From Piromyces finnis finn (taxonomy: Eukaryota; Fungi; Neocallimastigomycota), in NCBI GenBank assembly GCA_002104945.1, contig MCFH01000043.1, positions 1 to 64,000 of the forward strand: a stretch of DNA of 64,000 nt, given 5' to 3'. Position numbers and translations under genes: made by a program. How positions within the stretch are numbered: the stretch's first letter is position 1; each line of letters starts with the position of its first letter. The notes beneath the pieces are model-generated. The model worked only from the letters and a program-made list of their open reading frames with translations. It did not search any database and was not told the origin of the DNA. Below, piece by piece: positions 58,444 to 64,000 of this stretch.

Positions 58444-59374
58444 TGTAAAAGTATAAAATTTAAAACAGATTTCATACTTAAAACAAAACAATTTTTATTA
58501 ACACAAAAATAAAAAAATAAAACATTAAATTTTTATTTTAAGAAAACATTTTATTTAAACTCTTAAAAATATTATTAGCTATATAATAGTTAATAATTAA
58601 AAAATTGAAAATAACAATTACATCGATTCAATTTGTAAAAGTTTTAAAATTTAAAACAGATTATAAAATTTTTTTTTTTTACAATAAAACAAAAACACAA
58701 TAAAATAAAAAATTAAAAACAAAAACGAAATTTATTTATATTCTTTTTTCTTTTTATTAGTTCTTATTTAGTTATTAACTAAATTATAGTCAATAACAAT
58801 TACATCGTTTAACTATGAAATTTTACATGTATTTATATTTTTTACAAATTATATTTTAATATACTATTCTATTTAATTATACATATATTCAATATAAAAT
58901 AAACAAAACTAATTTAATACTAATTTAATTAAATAATAAAATAATAAAACTAAACTAAAACTAATTAAATACACTTTTGATTCAATTTGAGTAAACTACA
59001 AATTGAATACAGTCCATGTATTACCTATATATTAATTAAATATTAATAATACTATTTATTATATATTTACTATTAAAAAATACTAATTTAAAACTACGCT
59101 AAAGTTATTAAACTATTTTTAATTAAATAAGAACTTTTTAAGATTTAATTTGAATATTTAAAATATTTAAATTTAATTATCCATTAATTTAAATATTTAT
59201 CCAAATTTCATTTCCAATTTTGATATTTTAAAATTAATATTTATTTAATTATTCCTTAAAATTTATATAATAAATTTTATAAATAAATAATTTTTCATTA
59301 AAATATCAAAATTATTATTTAATAATTATTAATTAATTATTAAATAATTTAAAGATATATATTATATCTTTACA
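58444..59374 (-). mobile_element. 3' LTR of the Ty3/gypsy element (~930 bp; the far boundary is inferred)
   Basis: On the minus strand it begins TGTAAAG at 59374, directly after the purine tract AAAGGGCGAGAT (59386-59375). The plus-strand TGTAAAAG at 58444 supplies the inverted terminus (TG...CA). An alternative terminus exists at 58634. Confidence 0.65.
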
Positions 59375-59406
59375 ATCTCGCCCTTTAAAGTCGAGCTCCT
59401 GCGAGA

Positions 59407-62400
59407 TCATTTCTTTGAAGGAATATCAATTACAAATGGTTGATATCTATGTTTGATCATACCATTGTTATTCCTTGTATAGACTTGATCTTGACTTTCT
59501 TTTCTAGACTTTTTATTTTTTCTATAAAATTCTTGGATCAATTGTACATCTGTAATTTGATCTTCCGGGATCCAAGTATTTTCGTCAAGATTTTTCCATG
59601 TCATCAAGAAAGATTTCTTTCCATGATAATTTCTTTCTTGAATAATCTTATCAGGAATCCTATCAATAGTATCAGTAGTTAACTTAACATTTTTTCTTTT
59701 ATTCATTACTGATCTATTTACAAATTCATTTTCGTTATAAGGTTCCAATAACGAAACATGAAAAACAGGGTGGCAACGTAAATTGTTTGGTAGTTTTAAT
59801 TCAAATGCTAAAGGGCTTACCTTCTTGATTATTTCAAAAGGTCCAAGCATTTGATCAGCAAGTTTTCTTTTGATATTTTTATTTGAAGGATTAATACCTT
59901 TTAATAACCAAACTTTTTTACCAACTTCGAAATCTGGGGATTCCATTCTCTTTTGATCAGCATACTTTTTGTAGGTTTCTTTTGCTTGATCAAGATTTAC
60001 TTTTAAAAATTTAATGTTTTCATTAATATCCAAAATTCTTTGTTCAGCTCTATTTGGTCTATTCGCTGAAGGGATTTCAGGGTTAAATTTTGGATTGAAC
60101 CCATAATTAGCGAAAAACGGAGATTGGTTGATTGATTGCTGTAAAGTATTGTTATAAGCAAATTCAGCAAAAGGTAACAAGTCAACCCAATTATTCTGTT
60201 TTTCGTTAATAAAACAACGGAGATATTGTTCCAATATCCCGTTTACCCTCTCCGTTTGACCATCAGTTTCAGGATGGTTTGCAGTAGAAAAAGCAAGTTT
60301 AATATTTAACAAATTACATAAACGATTCCAAAAGTCTGAGGTAAATTGAGTACCTCGATCAGAAATGATGGAATCAGGAAAACCATGTAATTTAAAGATA
60401 TTGTTAACAAAAACATCAGCTGCTATAGAAGCAGTAGGCAAACATCTTAAAGGAATAAAATGAGCCATTTTTGTTAACCTATCAACTATAACCATAATGG
60501 TAGTCATGTCTTTGGATTTAGGAAGCTCGACAATAAAATCCATTGACAATTCCGACCAAGCTCTATTAGGTGTGGAAAGAGGAGAAAGCAAACCATATGG
60601 TTTATGTCTTGGAACTTTAGCTTTACAACAAGTTTCGCAAGACTTTATAAACTTTTTAACATCATAACTAAACTTTGGCCACCAAAAATTTCTACTAATT
60701 AATTCAATAGTTTTATTAACACCAAAGTGACCAGCAGAAATAGAATCATGATGTAATTCTAAGACCCTAGTTCTTAGTGAAGAAGGAACATAAATTAAAT
60801 TATCATAAAGTAAAAATCCTTCTTTATCAATTTTAACTTTATTAATATTCCTAATCGGAGGGGACGAAGAATTTTTATCATTAAGAAATACACAAACTTT
60901 ATTATATAAATCATCATTTTTTAAGGAACATAGAATAGAATTAATTAAAGAATCATCTTTATTAAAAGAATTAATTACATTACATGAAATAAAATTACAA
61001 CTAAAATTACTACATTCAATATTTTCATTAATCCTATCATTATTATAAATATTACAGATATGATCACTACGTCTGGATAACAAATCAGGTTTACCAGACT
61101 TTTTTCCAGCTCTATAAATTAACTTAAAATCAAATCTTGATAAAAATTCATACCATCTTATCTGTCGTTGTGAGAACATCTCAGGCTTTCTTGGAAAGGT
61201 TAAATTCTTATGATCAGTATAAATAATGAACTGATGCTTTGCACCTTCCAGATAATGCCTCCATTCTTCAAGAGCCACTTTGATAGCGAGCAACTCTTTA
61301 TCATAAATTTGATAGTTCCTTTGAGACTTGGTTAAGCTAGATGAAATAAAAGCAATAGGGTGCAATTGCCCTTCAAATTCTTGTGAAAGAATTGCACCGA
61401 CAGCAAAGTTACTAGCGTCAGTCTCAACAATAAAAGGTTTGTTGCTATCAGGGTTCATTAAGATAGGAGCTGAAGTAAAAGCCTTTTTAAGTGTAACAAA
61501 TGCATTTTGACACTCAGAAACCCAATTAAAAGGAACATTTTTCCTAGTAAGTTTGTGTAGAGGACTAGCAATTTTCGCAAAGTCTTTAATAAAAATTCTA
61601 TAATAATTACATAATCCAATAAAGGATTGAACTTCTTTAACGTTTGTAGGAACAGGCCAGTCGAGGATAGCTTTAACTTTATCTCTATCCATTTTCAGAC
61701 CATCTTTGGATAATACATAACCAAGGAAAGTGGTTTCTGAAACATCAAACTCACACTTCTCTAACTTAACATATAAATTATTTTCTAATAATTTTTTCAA
61801 TACTTTTTTAACATGTTCATGATGTTCTTCTAGGCTATTTGAATATATTAGAATATCATCAATATATGATATAGCAAAATCATCTAAATAATCACTAAGG
61901 ACATCATTTATGAAATGTTGAAACGTAGCTGGTGCATTCTTTAAACCAAAAGGCATGACGAGATATTCAAAATGCCCATATCTTGTTCTAAAGGCAGTTT
62001 TGTATTCATCACCCTCTTTGATTCTAACTAAATTATAAGCAGACTTTAAGTCCAACTTAGTAAAGTATTTTGCACCTTTCACTCTATCCAATAAGTCACC
62101 AATTAACGGAAGAGGATATGAATTTCTAATTGTCATGTCATTAAGTTTCCTATAATCAACGCAAAGTCTTAATGACCCATCTTTCTTTTTGACAAATAAA
62201 ACTGGTGCTCCGGCAGGAGATGAAGATTTCCTAATGAAACCTTTTTCTAAATTTTCATTGATATAATTTTTTAATTCATCTCTCTCTGCCTCAGTTAAAG
62301 GATAAAGAGGACCATAAAACAAGTTAGCATTATCCTTTAATCGGATTTCACAATCGTATTCACGATGTGGAGGTAAAATATTACAATTCCTTTCATTAAA

Positions 62401-64000
62401 AACCTCTTTAAATAATAAATATTGTTTTGGAATTTCAATAGATTTTTTATCTTTATTCAAATTATCACTTTCACTTTTACATTTATTAATAATATTACAA
62501 AATAAATCATAACAGTTACTAACTGAATTTAATACACGAGAATTATTATTATTACACACGTTTTTTGAAAATGAGTACTGTTTTGGTCCAGTGACCGAAT
62601 TATTATCTTTATTTAAATTTTCATCAATACAATTAATGTTATTACATATACATTTAAAATTACAATTATTATCATTATTTAAACTATTACTAAATTTAAT
62701 TTTATTAAAACTATCTAGGTTACTAATGGTTTTGACGGAGGTTCTACGGCCTCTAATACTTAAAGTTTCTTCATCATCACTGGAGTCGCTATAAGAGTAT
62801 TCATAATGATTGTATGAACCAAGTTCACTATAAGAGGATTGATCATCTTCATCATCTTGAATAACTTCTTTTCCTTTTCTTGATGATATTTTTTCTTTCT
62901 TGGTTTCCTTTGTGCTACTCTTGTTCTTTCTTCTTCCCACATTACAATGTCTGGCACAGTATGTAGAGCTAAATGCAATTTTGGAAGAATCGTGGTAGTA
63001 AACAGGGCAATGTTTTTCAATCCAAGGTACACCAAGAATTATATCAACTTCAGGAATTCTAAGTGCATATAATTGAATGACTTCGTAATGATTTCTCAAA
63101 CGAAGGATGCACTTTTCGGATTCCTTTTTCACGGTAGATGTACCTTGCCCTAAACCAGAAACCTTGAAAGATTCAGCAATATTTGAAAGTTTAATATTAT
63201 TGATTCGGGCGAACTCGGGGTGGATGAAATTAAGATCGGAACCAGAATCAATAAGTACCTTAGCTTTGACTTCATCAATATCATTGGTTTTGATATAAAA
63301 ATCAATAATATTTTTCTTTTCACCTTTATGAATTTCGAATATGTTTGAAGTTCCCTTGGGATTAAGATTATCCTTTTTAATTTTCTTGATTGAAGGGCTA
63401 GCTTCGTCTTCTGAATAGCATCTCTTGATAATTTTTACATTTTTTGGTTTCTTTTTGTTTGGACAATTGAATTGAAAGTGTCCAGACTTTCCACAAGTAA
63501 AGCAAACTCCATTCTTCTTAGCCTCAGTGCGATTTATTTTATTTTCGTCATAATTACTTCTATGAGGAGGGAAGTAATTAACCTTTCTTTGACCTAAACT
63601 GATCCTATATAAATCCACATCCATAGGATCATTTTGGTTATAATTTCTTCGGTCTTGATGCGTCATGTAATATTCACTGATATCATTTCTCTTAGTAAGA
63701 TTTTCAATACTAAGGACATCAGAATAAAGACGCTCTAATTGAGAGGGATTTGGATTCACTACAGCTAAATGTTCACGCATTTTCGGATGTAATCCCTTTG
63801 TGAACATGTATATTTTAGCTGCTTCATTAAAATTCGAATTTTGGCTAACGCGTTGGAATTCGTTAATGTATTCGAACACCTTGCCAAATTTTCTTTGTTT
63901 AATGTTGCAAAGTCTTCCATTTGCAACAATCGTATCATTATTCGGATCCCCGAAATTGGTACGAAGAGCAGCAATAAACTGATCATAGTTTCTTAGAACG
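59407..64000 (-). mobile_element. Ty3/gypsy (chromovirus) LTR retrotransposon, single-frame gag-pol polyprotein, 5'-truncated by the window edge
   Basis: Open frame from the window edge to the stop at 59407. Gag (EYINEF..MFTKGL, zinc knuckle CFTCGKSGHFQFNC), protease LIDSGS, RT (PVLFVKKKDGSLRLCVDYRKLN, MPFGLKNAPATFQ, YIDDILIYS), RNase H (ETDASNFAVGAIL, YDKELLAI, TDHKNL), integrase (HH..GHFG..CETC, SMDF, SDRG, TDGQTERVN, GPF) and a terminal chromodomain. Confidence 0.97.

Overview
Very AT-rich, intron-containing eukaryotic DNA, almost certainly from an anaerobic gut fungus (Neocallimastigomycota). The main evidence is an intronless GH6 cellulase with two fungal dockerin (CBM10/NCDD) modules. 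Hand-spliced genes from left to right: (1) the 3' part of a NELF-B/COBRA1 homologue with a prion-like tail; (2) a Nab2/ZC3H14-like CCCH protein; (3) a 7TM-RGS protein; (4) an intronless bacterial-type DUF1648 membrane protein; (5) Sgf11; (6) fibrillarin; (7) a C2-MHD1-C2-MHD2 Munc13-family protein; (8) a ~2940-aa low-complexity orphan; (9) a convergent orphan membrane protein; (10) two paralogous 10-Cys proteins with GPI-like tails but no visible signal peptide; (11) Vps27/Hrs; (12) the GH6 cellulase; (13) the 3' part of an intact Ty3/gypsy chromovirus with its LTR. The most notable observations are the NELF-B homologue in a fungus and a perfect interleaved double inverted repeat (A-B-s-A'-B') at 47.2 kb. 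The retroelement also appears to have inserted into an older dispersed repeat about 1.1 kb upstream of the cellulase. Family calls come from recalled motifs, not database searches. Several ORF-track strand labels are wrong (e.g. 41374..42555 is on the minus strand). No tRNA, rRNA or CRISPR array was recognised.
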